Source of the DNA: TPA_inf: Saccharomyces
Taxonomy: Eukaryota
Direction of reading: 5' to 3'
Assembly: GCA_000146045.2 (NCBI GenBank)
Contig: BK006940.2
Coordinates: 64,001-128,000 of the forward strand
Length of the DNA stretch: 64,000 nt
Positions 47,094-59,106 of the stretch are shown piece after piece. Each line of letters opens with the position of its first letter. The first letter of the stretch is position 1. The notes under the pieces were generated by a model. The model did no database searches, was not told where the DNA came from, and worked only from the letters and a program-made list of their open reading frames with translations. The translations under genes and the position numbers were made by a program.

Positions 47094-48344
47094 GAATATA
47101 AAATTTCTCAGTAAGAAAAAGAAGATGAATGCGTTTATAGTATTTTAAGTTGTTCAATAGAATATCTTCAATATGTTCATATGTGGACTAAAAGAAGATT
47201 TTGGTATATGTCTATAAATTTATTGTTGGTAAACGCCATTAAGCAGCTTTCCAAGAATATGTTATCATTGAGGAGAAGTACGAAAACTGATTATGCACGA
47301 TTAGGAAAAATTCTGCAAGGAGTATTAAAAAATGGCCTTCGAGAAGAAATGAAATCTCTTTCGATGAGCAATGGTCTTATGGATAATTTGATAGACATAT
47401 GAAAAAGTCAAAAGTTTTTTTGGCCATATGCAGTAAAAACTTACCCTTCAAATTGCAAAACCATTAGTTTTATTATATTTTTTTTTTTTTCTTTCATTGA
47501 AGTATACACGAAATCCCATACGCAAATAAACAGTCGTTGTATCATCAATTTCGGCTGTCTGGATGGCGACTACGAGAGGAAGCTTGCTTGCCATGATAGG
47601 ACCAATCTCAATTTTTAATTTTTCATTAACTAGCTAATTTTCTATAATGCTCTAAGTTTCCTTTTTCGTTTTGTTTCTTTATAGTGATGATGCTGTTATT
47701 GTGACGCTATCAAATCATATACTGTCATCAATCCTCATCTCATCGGCTCCGGAACGCGTTGAATATGTTGTTAAACAAGCTCTTTATAGCTAGCTATAGT
47801 AGAAAAGGAAGGAAAGAAGTCTAATCGCTGTATTATCGACTGACAAGGGTTGTCAGTTGCCTTCTTTTATTTTTTGTACTCCCCTGAATCGAGCGGATGT
47901 ATTTTTTAACAAAGTATTCAGAATTGTTTTTGTATAATCAAAATTTGTCGACGCTAAGAAAATGACGGACGTCGTAATTCCGCTACTAGGTTTTGTGTGC
48001 TCATCGATATTTGACACCTATTTTCGACACTTTTAAGGTTATATACTTTGTTTCGGATGTGGGGTACACTCAGTTGACTGATTATGAAAGATATGGCGTA
48101 GCCGTTGGGTTAGGGTTATTACACAGAAATGAATTATACCAGTGAAATTATTCTCTTTATGTTTGTTCCTACATGTTTTCCAATCAGAAGGAATTGTTAT
48201 ATAAGGACACAAGAAATGTGTTGGTACGCTCTGCGCCTCAATGACGGTTTATCTATCTAAAACTATTTCTTTCTCGTAATAAAAATACAATAAATAATTA
48301 ATAATAATATAGTTGATCGATATAACAAAAAAATAACAGCGAGG

Positions 48345-49985
48345 ATGGTTAGTTCAAGTGTTTCCATTTTGGGGACTAGCGCCAAGGCATCCACTTCTCT
48401 AAGTAGAAAGGATGAAATTAAACTAACCCCTGAAACAAGGGAAGCTAGCTTGGACATTCCATACAAACCCATTATTGCATACTGGACGGTGATGGGTCTC
48501 TGTCTGATGATTGCCTTTGGTGGATTCATTTTTGGTTGGGATACAGGAACCATTTCAGGGTTTATTAACCAAACAGATTTCAAGAGAAGGTTTGGTGAGT
48601 TACAAAGGGACGGCAGTTTTCAACTATCAGATGTCAGGACAGGGCTAATTGTCGGTATCTTCAACATAGGTTGTGCTTTAGGTGGCCTAACGCTGGGACG
48701 CCTGGGCGATATTTATGGGCGTAAAATCGGCTTAATGTGTGTTATACTGGTGTATGTTGTTGGTATCGTGATCCAGATTGCTTCCTCTGACAAATGGTAT
48801 CAATATTTTATTGGTAGAATTGTTTCTGGAATGGGTGTTGGAGGTGTTGCTGTGCTGTCGCCAACTTTGATCTCAGAAATTTCCCCAAAGCACCTAAGAG
48901 GCACTTGTGTCTCTTTTTACCAGCTAATGATTACCCTTGGAATTTTCTTGGGCTACTGTACCAATTATGGTACAAAGAAATATTCAAATTCAATACAGTG
49001 GCGGGTTCCCTTGGGTTTGTGTTTTGCGTGGGCAATCTTTATGGTGATTGGAATGGTTATGGTTCCGGAATCGCCCAGATATTTAGTAGAAAAAGGTAAG
49101 TATGAAGAAGCTAGAAGGTCTTTGGCCAAATCAAACAAGGTCACAGTTACTGATCCAGGCGTTGTTTTTGAGTTTGATACTATAGTTGCAAATATGGAAT
49201 TAGAAAGGGCTGTTGGAAATGCCAGTTGGCACGAACTCTTCTCAAATAAAGGAGCAATTCTACCAAGGGTAATAATGGGAATCGTTATCCAGTCACTGCA
49301 ACAGCTTACTGGCTGTAATTATTTTTTCTACTACGGCACGACCATTTTCAATGCTGTTGGAATGCAAGACTCTTTCGAGACTTCCATTGTCCTTGGGGCT
49401 GTTAATTTTGCTTCTACATTTGTTGCACTATACATTGTGGATAAATTTGGGCGTCGAAAATGTTTATTGTGGGGGTCTGCCTCGATGGCAATTTGTTTCG
49501 TCATATTCGCCACCGTTGGCGTCACTAGATTATGGCCACAAGGGAAAGACCAACCTTCTTCGCAAAGTGCTGGTAATGTTATGATCGTTTTTACTTGTTT
49601 CTTCATTTTCTCTTTTGCCATTACTTGGGCTCCTATCGCCTATGTCATTGTGGCAGAAACTTATCCATTAAGAGTTAAAAATCGTGCCATGGCCATTGCG
49701 GTTGGTGCGAACTGGATGTGGGGTTTCTTGATTGGATTTTTCACACCCTTTATCACTAGATCCATAGGATTTTCTTATGGCTATGTTTTCATGGGTTGCT
49801 TAATCTTTTCGTACTTCTACGTTTTCTTCTTTGTTTGCGAAACAAAGGGATTAACTCTGGAGGAAGTTAATGAAATGTACGAAGAAAGAATAAAGCCATG
49901 GAAGTCCGGAGGTTGGATTCCCAGTTCTAGAAGAACACCACAACCAACAAGCAGTACACCATTAGTTATTGTTGATAGTAAATAA
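48345..49985 (+). CDS. HXT10: Hexose transporter (MFS sugar porter), 546 aa
   Basis: 12 TM segments and sugar-porter signatures (GRK/R loop motifs, PESPR, PETKG). Confidence 0.9.
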   Translation: MVSSSVSILGTSAKASTSLSRKDEIKLTPETREASLDIPYKPIIAYWTVMGLCLMIAFGGFIFGWDTGTISGFINQTDFKRRFGELQRDGSFQLSDVRTGLIVGIFNIGCALGGLTLGRLGDIYGRKIGLMCVILVYVVGIVIQIASSDKWYQYFIGRIVSGMGVGGVAVLSPTLISEISPKHLRGTCVSFYQLMITLGIFLGYCTNYGTKKYSNSIQWRVPLGLCFAWAIFMVIGMVMVPESPRYLVEKGKYEEARRSLAKSNKVTVTDPGVVFEFDTIVANMELERAVGNASWHELFSNKGAILPRVIMGIVIQSLQQLTGCNYFFYYGTTIFNAVGMQDSFETSIVLGAVNFASTFVALYIVDKFGRRKCLLWGSASMAICFVIFATVGVTRLWPQGKDQPSSQSAGNVMIVFTCFFIFSFAITWAPIAYVIVAETYPLRVKNRAMAIAVGANWMWGFLIGFFTPFITRSIGFSYGYVFMGCLIFSYFYVFFFVCETKGLTLEEVNEMYEERIKPWKSGGWIPSSRRTPQPTSSTPLVIVDSK

Positions 49986-50989
49986 TTTCTAAATATTCTT
50001 GTACTCTGGTAAACAGAAATAACAACAGATAATGGATTGATGCTTTACTTCTATTTCATGGAGATTGGTTTTATATAATAGCCTTTATTAATGGCGTCAC
50101 AAATTGAAAAAAAAATTAAAAAAAATAAGACGGACACATTTGCGACGCCGGTGAATAAATGCATATAAGTAGTTTATAAGCTAGCTACTACTCAGAAATA
50201 ATTTCAAAAAAAAAAAGAAGTGGGCACTTTAAAATGAAGATTAGCTATAGTAAATTACTGTAGTATAACAACTACCTGCTATCTTTCTGAAAAAATCAGG
50301 CAATGTAAGGTCAAACTTGTACCATCGACATATATAATGTTTTGAGATATAAGTAACTAGAGACCAGTTTATACAGGATCTTACCTCTTTTTACCGTTAT
50401 GAAAGCTTTATTACTGCGTTGTTAGTAAACACACATATTATTTTCGGGTAGTCCTGTCGATGTTCCAAGGCTTTGCATTTATCATTGTTTCCGCTTCATC
50501 GGTGGTATTAGTTAGTGTATCTGTATGTGAAGTATGTGGATAGGTGCTTCTATTATTGGAACAAAACACCTTAAACGCGCACTAGGTTATAGGAAAGGGT
50601 CCATTATTCAAAGAACGGCTTATTGAAAAGTATGTTGTAAAGCTCGGTCATATCGCGCATAGCCACGATAAGGCGTGGTGCTGCTTCATAGATTGAGAGG
50701 CGCAGTCAATACACAACCATACCGGTAGTTTGATAAATGATACTATCATTCCGGAAGCTCTCTAGTAAGCTGTAGGTGGCATATACGGTATCTATCATCT
50801 AGTAATAGCTATTGATTTTTTTCTCGACTATGCTATATGTGTTGTGATGGTTCACTTAGAAGTGAAAAAGTAGCAATAAATTAGACAGACAGAAGTAATT
50901 GAAGCTACATTCAACAACATGGCTAAGTAAAAAAGCGTAGAATATCATGATGGGTTTTTTTATCTTTTAATTGCTTTCTATGTAGTATA

Positions 50990-51274
50990 ATGGACCGATC
51001 TTTGCAAGTATATATCTGTATGTATCCATATTTAGATGGCAGCAAGCAATATAGATTTGATGAGCTTATATCATTTTATCGTCCTTGTCCAAAAAGTCTT
51101 GATAACATTAAAAGTCACTACCGTCAAATCCATCATCAAATCCGCCGTCGAACCCACCAGCATCATCAAATCCGCCGTCGGACCCACCAGCATCATCACC
51201 GTAGTAATTGTTCTCGACAACGACAGTGTCTGGTCCGTCATAGTTGTGGTCGTCAAATGCGTGTTCTAGCATAG
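50990..51274 (+). CDS. AUA1: Small 94-aa His/Arg-rich ORF antisense to the 3' end of WWM1
   Basis: 94-aa ORF MDRSLQVYICMYPYLDGSKQ...HHQIRRRTHQHHQIRRRTHQHHH. It owes its internal repeat to the 30-bp duplication in WWM1 on the other strand. The coding status of one partner of such antisense pairs is always uncertain. Confidence 0.4.
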   Translation: MDRSLQVYICMYPYLDGSKQYRFDELISFYRPCPKSLDNIKSHYRQIHHQIRRRTHQHHQIRRRTHQHHHRSNCSRQRQCLVRHSCGRQMRVLA

Positions 51275-51743
51275 CTCCACCTAACAAACCCGCACCAACA
51301 CCAAGTAAACCACCCATCATGGCACCGCCGTGTCCACTACCTTTACTGGTGCTTGGCGCAGTTCCATAGTATGCTTGCTGTGGTGCTGCTGCTGGCATAG
51401 GGGCTTGTTGAGGATAGTAACGCTGCTGTTGAGGGTATTGAGGGTACTGAGGCTGTTGAGGCTGATAGTAACGAGGTTGCTGTGCTTGGGCCCCTGCTTG
51501 CACTTGCGGTGTTGATTGAGAAGAATAAGGTGGAGGAGCCTGGTCTGCCTGTTGACGAGAACTCTTCTCATTGTTAACACCTGGTGGAGGACCTTTGGGT
51601 CTTGGCCATGTTGTTCCCCTTGGTGGTTCCCACTGAGAGCTGTTCGTAGATAAATCTACATAATACCAAGTCTGGTATTCATCATCAAAAACAGCCTTCC
51701 AGCCAGAAGGCACTTGAGGAGGATTACTTTTACTTTGAGCCAT
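51108..51743 (-). CDS. WWM1: WW-domain protein with Q/P/Y-rich low-complexity region and Gly/Asp-rich C-terminus, 211 aa
   Basis: N-terminal WW domain (PSGWKAVFDDEYQTWYYVDLSTNSSQWEPP), then PPPY and a Q/Y/P-rich segment. Confidence 0.85.
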   Translation of the reverse strand: MAQSKSNPPQVPSGWKAVFDDEYQTWYYVDLSTNSSQWEPPRGTTWPRPKGPPPGVNNEKSSRQQADQAPPPYSSQSTPQVQAGAQAQQPRYYQPQQPQYPQYPQQQRYYPQQAPMPAAAPQQAYYGTAPSTSKGSGHGGAMMGGLLGVGAGLLGGAMLEHAFDDHNYDGPDTVVVENNYYGDDAGGSDGGFDDAGGFDGGFDDGFDGSDF

Positions 51744-52144
51744 TACTTTAAAATGTTTTGGGTTTTTTTATCGACTCTCTTGTAGTGAGTGATAAAAGCA
51801 ATTCAGAAAGAGTCTTTTGATTATCATGACTAAAGTAAACTTTTTCTTCCAGCTGCCGGCTCGGTCAGGTGGACGAAACAAAAAAGCCTGTTGAAATAAT
51901 ACTGAATACGTTAAAACGTCACAGCGCTTGTATATCTTGTGAGAGAAAGGCTATTACCACTGTTATATGAATATAGATTGCTCAACAAAGCGTGTCTTTT
52001 TCTGTGTGCTTAAAATATAGTGTCTTTTTTGGGAAAAAAACGTTTATTTACAGTATTCTCTTCTTCTTCTCCTCATTCAACTTGTTGCGGTTCGAAGAAA
52101 ATTACGCATAAAGAATCAAAGAAAGGCAAAAATTACGCTGTACG

Positions 52145-54484
52145 ATGGGGTCGTTTCCCTTAGCTGAGTTTCCATTACGTGATATCCCTGTTCCTTATAG
52201 CTACCGTGTGTCTGGCGGTATAGCTTCCTCAGGTAGTGTTACTGCGCTTGTTACTGCCGCTGGCACTCATCGAAACTCGTCCACGGCTAAGACAGTTGAG
52301 ACAGAAGACGGCGAAGAAGATATCGATGAGTATCAGAGGAAAAGAGCAGCTGGTTCTGGCGAATCCACTCCTGAACGCAGTGATTTCAAAAGGGTAAAAC
52401 ATGATAATCACAAAACCCTCCATCCAGTTAACTTACAGAACACCGGTGCAGCGTCTGTGGATAATGACGGTCTGCACAATTTAACAGATATATCCAACGA
52501 TGCAGAAAAACTTTTGATGTCTGTGGATGATGGTTCTGCCGCACCTTCTACATTGAGTGTAAACATGGGAGTGGCATCTCATAATGTTGCTGCTCCCACT
52601 ACCGTCAATGCGGCAACAATAACTGGCAGTGATGTTAGTAACAATGTTAATAGTGCTACTATTAACAATCCTATGGAGGAAGGAGCGCTGCCGTTATCAC
52701 CCACTGCTTCCTCTCCAGGTACCACAACTCCTTTAGCTAAAACTACGAAAACTATCAACAACAATAATAATATCGCCGATTTGATAGAATCCAAAGATTC
52801 TATAATCTCCCCTGAATACCTTTCTGATGAGATTTTCAGCGCAATAAACAATAATCTCCCTCACGCATACTTCAAAAATTTATTATTTAGATTAGTTGCC
52901 AACATGGATAGGAGTGAACTATCCGACTTGGGGACTTTAATCAAGGATAATTTAAAGAGGGACCTAATAACGTCTTTGCCTTTTGAAATAAGTTTGAAAA
53001 TTTTCAATTATTTGCAATTCGAGGATATTATAAATTCCCTTGGGGTCTCCCAAAATTGGAACAAAATAATTAGAAAATCTACATCGTTGTGGAAAAAACT
53101 TCTGATATCGGAAAATTTTGTGAGCCCAAAGGGTTTTAATTCTCTCAATCTCAAACTCTCCCAAAAATACCCAAAACTCTCACAACAAGATCGCCTTAGA
53201 TTATCTTTTCTGGAGAATATATTCATTTTAAAAAATTGGTACAATCCCAAGTTTGTACCACAAAGGACCACGTTAAGAGGCCATATGACGAGTGTTATTA
53301 CGTGCTTGCAATTTGAAGATAATTATGTCATTACGGGGGCTGATGACAAAATGATCAGAGTTTATGATTCGATAAACAAGAAATTTCTTCTACAACTATC
53401 AGGTCATGATGGTGGGGTTTGGGCATTGAAGTATGCCCATGGCGGTATTTTAGTCAGCGGTTCTACAGACAGAACGGTGCGAGTTTGGGATATTAAGAAA
53501 GGTTGTTGTACCCATGTGTTTAAAGGTCATAACTCTACGGTGAGGTGCCTAGATATAGTAGAATATAAAAATATCAAGTACATTGTTACTGGTTCGAGAG
53601 ATAACACTTTGCACGTTTGGAAATTGCCCAAGGAGTCCTCCGTTCCTGATCATGGGGAAGAACATGATTATCCATTAGTCTTTCATACCCCTGAGGAGAA
53701 CCCATATTTTGTTGGTGTTTTAAGAGGACATATGGCATCTGTAAGAACTGTCTCAGGCCACGGTAATATTGTCGTTAGTGGCTCCTATGATAATACACTG
53801 ATTGTGTGGGATGTTGCGCAAATGAAATGTTTGTATATTTTAAGTGGACATACGGATCGTATTTATTCGACAATCTACGATCATGAAAGAAAAAGGTGCA
53901 TCTCTGCCAGTATGGATACCACTATTAGAATTTGGGATTTGGAAAATATATGGAATAATGGAGAATGTTCCTACGCAACAAATTCAGCATCGCCATGCGC
54001 CAAAATACTTGGTGCTATGTACACTTTGCAGGGTCATACAGCTTTGGTCGGTTTATTAAGATTATCCGACAAATTTTTGGTCAGTGCCGCTGCAGACGGT
54101 TCAATAAGGGGTTGGGACGCAAACGACTACTCTAGAAAATTTTCCTACCATCATACCAATTTGAGTGCAATTACCACATTTTATGTATCGGATAATATTT
54201 TGGTGAGTGGATCGGAAAATCAGTTCAACATCTATAATCTACGGAGTGGGAAATTGGTCCACGCAAATATTCTAAAAGATGCTGATCAGATTTGGTCGGT
54301 TAATTTTAAGGGCAAAACACTTGTTGCAGCAGTTGAAAAAGATGGACAGAGCTTTTTAGAAATTCTGGATTTCAGCAAAGCTTCAAAAATTAACTACGTT
54401 AGCAATCCCGTAAACTCCTCGTCGTCGTCTTTGGAATCCATTTCTACTTCTTTGGGTCTAACGAGGACAACTATAATACCATGA
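52145..54484 (+). CDS. CDC4: F-box / WD40-repeat substrate receptor of SCF ubiquitin ligase, 779 aa
   Basis: F-box (LITSLPFEISLKIFNYLQFEDIINSLGVSQNWNKII) followed by 8 WD repeats (GH...WD). Confidence 0.95.
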   Translation: MGSFPLAEFPLRDIPVPYSYRVSGGIASSGSVTALVTAAGTHRNSSTAKTVETEDGEEDIDEYQRKRAAGSGESTPERSDFKRVKHDNHKTLHPVNLQNTGAASVDNDGLHNLTDISNDAEKLLMSVDDGSAAPSTLSVNMGVASHNVAAPTTVNAATITGSDVSNNVNSATINNPMEEGALPLSPTASSPGTTTPLAKTTKTINNNNNIADLIESKDSIISPEYLSDEIFSAINNNLPHAYFKNLLFRLVANMDRSELSDLGTLIKDNLKRDLITSLPFEISLKIFNYLQFEDIINSLGVSQNWNKIIRKSTSLWKKLLISENFVSPKGFNSLNLKLSQKYPKLSQQDRLRLSFLENIFILKNWYNPKFVPQRTTLRGHMTSVITCLQFEDNYVITGADDKMIRVYDSINKKFLLQLSGHDGGVWALKYAHGGILVSGSTDRTVRVWDIKKGCCTHVFKGHNSTVRCLDIVEYKNIKYIVTGSRDNTLHVWKLPKESSVPDHGEEHDYPLVFHTPEENPYFVGVLRGHMASVRTVSGHGNIVVSGSYDNTLIVWDVAQMKCLYILSGHTDRIYSTIYDHERKRCISASMDTTIRIWDLENIWNNGECSYATNSASPCAKILGAMYTLQGHTALVGLLRLSDKFLVSAAADGSIRGWDANDYSRKFSYHHTNLSAITTFYVSDNILVSGSENQFNIYNLRSGKLVHANILKDADQIWSVNFKGKTLVAAVEKDGQSFLEILDFSKASKINYVSNPVNSSSSSLESISTSLGLTRTTIIP

Positions 54485-55305
54485 CCTTTCCCAGAGAATA
54501 AGCATTGACTCATACTTAGATAATATAGCTTAATAAGTAGTTATATAATCAGTAAAAAAGTACAATAACAACTTCGTACATTTTATTGAATATAAACTGC
54601 AGCTAAACTGCTTGTATGTTCAATTTTAATTGTGTTTACAAAAAGGGTGCCGTTTATTAATTAATGTTTCTTCCCTGAAAATATGGAAAGTACAAGTTTT
54701 TAGTTGAGAAGGGTTTAAGAAAGTTTTGAAAATGATCTAAAAAAATATAAAAGCAATCAAAGAAATAAAAGCTGGAAAAATGCGTAATAACCGAAGTGAC
54801 TAAAATTTCTTTACGCGCCAAATAAGAAATCGATGCTCTTGAAAGTAGCAACCATTTTTTAAATAATATATTCCTGATGGTTCTTGGCCCAAGAGTTTTC
54901 TTGAACTTTTAACGTTAAGAAGTTGATTCTGCTGATTTTTTTCAAGTTATCAAGCGTTATGTTTTGAAACATCTGTTCCGTTTTCAGTTTTTCAAAAAGA
55001 TCGATATTCTCTTGAGAATTAGGAAGTTCTACGCTCAACCTCCCGTGGGCAGAAGAAATACAAAAGCTAATACAATTGTGTTAGAATAAAGTTCTAATAT
55101 TATCTAATTAGTAGTATTCATGTTACTAGTATATTATCACATGATATTTCTCAAATTGGACAATGTAAATAATGAGTGTTTTTATGACACAATCTTTATC
55201 GTTAGATGTTTCAACGTTCCAAGGCTTGGTTCTATCGCTCTTCTCTTCAAATTGTAATCGTTTGTCATGATAAACACGTACGGGAAAAAAAAAAAAAGTA
55301 TCAAT

Positions 55306-55311
55306 AACGCG
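55306..55311 (+). promoter_or_regulatory. SMC1: MluI cell-cycle box ACGCGT (MBF site) about 118 bp upstream of SMC1
   Basis: Exact ACGCGT in the SMC1 promoter. Confidence 0.5.
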
Positions 55312-55428
55312 TAAAGTGAATAGAGTATTGGATTCTATAAGACCGAAGACGCTCATATCACATCTCATAAAATCACTTAAAGCAAGCATCCAGAGGCTAT
55401 TGATAAAAAGCAGGCACAAGGAGACGCA

Positions 55429-58400
55429 ATGGGACGTTTAGTTGGCTTAGAACTAAGTAATTTCAAGTCCTATAGAGGCGTTACCAAGGTAGGATTCGGC
55501 GAGTCGAATTTCACAAGTATTATCGGTCCTAACGGATCTGGTAAATCGAATATGATGGATGCTATCTCATTCGTACTCGGTGTGCGGAGTAATCATTTGA
55601 GGTCAAACATCTTGAAAGATTTAATCTATAGAGGTGTTCTAAACGATGAGAATAGTGACGATTATGATAACGAGGGCGCTGCCTCTTCGAACCCACAATC
55701 CGCATACGTGAAGGCATTTTATCAAAAAGGTAACAAACTGGTGGAGCTGATGAGGATAATTTCCAGAAACGGTGACACTAGTTATAAAATTGATGGAAAA
55801 ACTGTCTCCTATAAGGACTATTCTATATTTCTTGAGAACGAAAATATTCTTATCAAAGCCAAAAATTTTCTAGTGTTCCAGGGTGATGTTGAGCAAATTG
55901 CAGCACAATCTCCCGTAGAATTATCAAGAATGTTTGAAGAAGTATCAGGTTCTATCCAATACAAAAAGGAGTATGAAGAGTTGAAGGAAAAGATTGAGAA
56001 ATTAAGCAAATCTGCAACCGAATCTATAAAAAATAGGAGAAGGATCCATGGAGAATTGAAGACATATAAAGAAGGTATCAATAAGAACGAGGAGTATAGG
56101 AAACAATTGGACAAAAAAAATGAATTACAGAAGTTCCAGGCTCTATGGCAGTTATATCATTTAGAGCAACAAAAAGAGGAGCTAACGGACAAGCTGTCCG
56201 CATTAAACTCTGAAATATCGTCTTTAAAGGGAAAAATAAATAACGAGATGAAATCATTACAACGCTCAAAATCTTCCTTTGTTAAAGAAAGCGCAGTAAT
56301 TTCTAAGCAAAAAAGTAAATTAGATTATATCTTCAAGGATAAGGAAAAATTAGTCTCGGATTTACGGCTCATAAAGGTTCCTCAACAGGCAGCAGGGAAG
56401 CGAATTTCCCATATAGAAAAAAGAATCGAAAGTTTACAGAAAGATCTTCAAAGACAGAAGACTTATGTGGAGAGATTTGAAACACAACTAAAAGTGGTGA
56501 CCAGATCAAAGGAAGCTTTTGAAGAGGAAATCAAACAATCTGCTAGAAACTATGACAAATTCAAGCTAAATGAAAATGATTTAAAGACATATAATTGCTT
56601 ACATGAAAAATATCTGACTGAAGGTGGGTCAATCCTAGAAGAAAAAATTGCCGTTTTGAACAACGATAAGCGAGAAATCCAAGAGGAATTGGAGAGATTC
56701 AACAAAAGGGCAGATATTTCTAAAAGAAGGATAACGGAGGAGCTTTCTATAACAGGAGAAAAATTGGACACGCAATTAAACGATTTAAGAGTTTCTTTGA
56801 ATGAGAAAAACGCCCTTCATACTGAACGTTTGCACGAGCTGAAAAAATTACAATCTGATATTGAATCTGCTAATAATCAAGAATACGACTTAAATTTCAA
56901 GTTGAGGGAAACGTTGGTTAAGATCGATGACTTGAGTGCTAATCAAAGAGAAACAATGAAAGAAAGAAAACTAAGAGAAAATATAGCAATGTTGAAAAGA
57001 TTCTTCCCCGGAGTAAAAGGTCTTGTTCATGATCTTTGTCACCCAAAAAAGGAGAAATATGGCTTGGCAGTGTCTACCATCTTAGGTAAGAACTTTGATT
57101 CCGTCATTGTAGAAAATTTAACCGTAGCTCAAGAATGCATTGCATTTTTGAAGAAGCAACGTGCGGGCACTGCATCTTTCATACCACTAGACACAATTGA
57201 GACAGAGTTACCTACATTATCATTGCCTGACTCACAAGACTATATTTTATCAATTAATGCTATTGACTACGAGCCGGAATATGAAAAAGCGATGCAATAT
57301 GTGTGTGGCGATTCCATCATATGTAATACGTTGAATATTGCTAAAGATCTGAAATGGAAAAAGGGCATAAGAGGCAAATTGGTTACAATTGAAGGTGCTT
57401 TGATCCACAAGGCCGGTTTGATGACAGGTGGTATATCAGGAGATGCCAATAATAGGTGGGATAAAGAAGAATATCAAAGCTTAATGTCTTTAAAAGACAA
57501 ATTACTAATCCAAATCGATGAACTTTCCAACGGTCAACGCTCTAATTCAATCAGAGCAAGAGAAGTTGAAAATAGTGTTTCACTATTGAACTCGGACATA
57601 GCAAATTTGAGAACTCAAGTAACACAACAAAAACGCTCCTTGGATGAAAATCGTTTAGAGATTAAGTACCATAATGACTTGATAGAGAAAGAAATTCAAC
57701 CGAAGATAACTGAACTAAAGAAGAAGCTAGATGATTTAGAAAATACTAAAGATAATTTAGTGAAAGAGAAGGAGGCTTTACAAAATAATATTTTCAAAGA
57801 ATTCACTAGTAAAATTGGCTTTACAATCAAAGAATATGAAAATCATTCCGGTGAATTGATGAGACAACAATCTAAAGAATTACAGCAGTTACAAAAACAA
57901 ATTTTGACCGTTGAAAATAAGTTGCAGTTTGAGACAGACAGACTAAGTACTACTCAAAGAAGATATGAAAAGGCGCAAAAGGATTTAGAGAATGCTCAAG
58001 TTGAAATGAAGTCTTTGGAAGAACAGGAATATGCAATAGAAATGAAAATCGGATCAATAGAGTCTAAATTGGAAGAACACAAAAATCACTTAGATGAGTT
58101 ACAGAAGAAATTTGTAACGAAGCAAAGTGAATTAAATTCCAGCGAAGATATTCTAGAGGACATGAACAGCAACTTACAAGTCTTAAAAAGGGAAAGAGAC
58201 GGTATAAAGGAAGATATTGAAAAGTTTGATTTAGAGAGAGTAACAGCGTTAAAGAATTGTAAAATTTCTAATATAAATATACCTATATCATCTGAAACAA
58301 CGATAGATGATTTACCAATATCTTCCACTGATAATGAAGCAATTACAATTTCCAACAGTATCGATATAAACTATAAAGGACTACCTAAAAAATACAAAGA

Positions 58401-59106
58401 AAACAATACCGATTCGGCAAGGAAGGAGCTGGAGCAGAAGATTCATGAAGTGGAGGAAATATTGAACGAGTTGCAGCCCAATGCAAGAGCTTTGGAGAGA
58501 TACGACGAGGCGGAAGGAAGGTTTGAAGTGATTAATAACGAAACAGAACAACTAAAGGCCGAAGAAAAGAAAATATTAAACCAGTTCCTAAAAATTAAGA
58601 AAAAAAGAAAGGAACTGTTCGAAAAGACATTTGATTATGTGAGCGACCATTTAGACGCAATCTACAGGGAACTTACTAAAAATCCCAACTCCAATGTGGA
58701 ATTGGCCGGTGGTAACGCTTCTTTAACCATAGAAGACGAAGATGAACCGTTCAATGCGGGAATCAAATATCATGCCACTCCGCCTCTTAAAAGATTCAAA
58801 GACATGGAATATCTTTCTGGTGGTGAAAAAACCGTAGCTGCATTAGCTCTATTATTTGCTATTAATTCCTACCAGCCTAGTCCCTTCTTCGTGCTGGACG
58901 AAGTGGACGCAGCCCTAGACATTACTAACGTCCAGAGAATTGCTGCCTATATAAGAAGGCACCGTAATCCAGATCTCCAATTCATTGTCATTTCATTGAA
59001 GAACACCATGTTTGAAAAATCTGACGCTCTCGTTGGGGTTTACAGACAGCAACAAGAAAACTCGTCGAAGATCATAACTTTGGACTTGAGCAATTACGCA
59101 GAATAA
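55429..59106 (+). CDS. SMC1: Cohesin SMC ATPase subunit, 1225 aa
   Basis: N-terminal Walker A GPNGSGKSN, long coiled coils with central hinge, C-terminal signature LSGGEKT and Walker B VLDEVDAALD. Confidence 0.95.
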   Translation: MGRLVGLELSNFKSYRGVTKVGFGESNFTSIIGPNGSGKSNMMDAISFVLGVRSNHLRSNILKDLIYRGVLNDENSDDYDNEGAASSNPQSAYVKAFYQKGNKLVELMRIISRNGDTSYKIDGKTVSYKDYSIFLENENILIKAKNFLVFQGDVEQIAAQSPVELSRMFEEVSGSIQYKKEYEELKEKIEKLSKSATESIKNRRRIHGELKTYKEGINKNEEYRKQLDKKNELQKFQALWQLYHLEQQKEELTDKLSALNSEISSLKGKINNEMKSLQRSKSSFVKESAVISKQKSKLDYIFKDKEKLVSDLRLIKVPQQAAGKRISHIEKRIESLQKDLQRQKTYVERFETQLKVVTRSKEAFEEEIKQSARNYDKFKLNENDLKTYNCLHEKYLTEGGSILEEKIAVLNNDKREIQEELERFNKRADISKRRITEELSITGEKLDTQLNDLRVSLNEKNALHTERLHELKKLQSDIESANNQEYDLNFKLRETLVKIDDLSANQRETMKERKLRENIAMLKRFFPGVKGLVHDLCHPKKEKYGLAVSTILGKNFDSVIVENLTVAQECIAFLKKQRAGTASFIPLDTIETELPTLSLPDSQDYILSINAIDYEPEYEKAMQYVCGDSIICNTLNIAKDLKWKKGIRGKLVTIEGALIHKAGLMTGGISGDANNRWDKEEYQSLMSLKDKLLIQIDELSNGQRSNSIRAREVENSVSLLNSDIANLRTQVTQQKRSLDENRLEIKYHNDLIEKEIQPKITELKKKLDDLENTKDNLVKEKEALQNNIFKEFTSKIGFTIKEYENHSGELMRQQSKELQQLQKQILTVENKLQFETDRLSTTQRRYEKAQKDLENAQVEMKSLEEQEYAIEMKIGSIESKLEEHKNHLDELQKKFVTKQSELNSSEDILEDMNSNLQVLKRERDGIKEDIEKFDLERVTALKNCKISNINIPISSETTIDDLPISSTDNEAITISNSIDINYKGLPKKYKENNTDSARKELEQKIHEVEEILNELQPNARALERYDEAEGRFEVINNETEQLKAEEKKILNQFLKIKKKRKELFEKTFDYVSDHLDAIYRELTKNPNSNVELAGGNASLTIEDEDEPFNAGIKYHATPPLKRFKDMEYLSGGEKTVAALALLFAINSYQPSPFFVLDEVDAALDITNVQRIAAYIRRHRNPDLQFIVISLKNTMFEKSDALVGVYRQQQENSSKIITLDLSNYAE

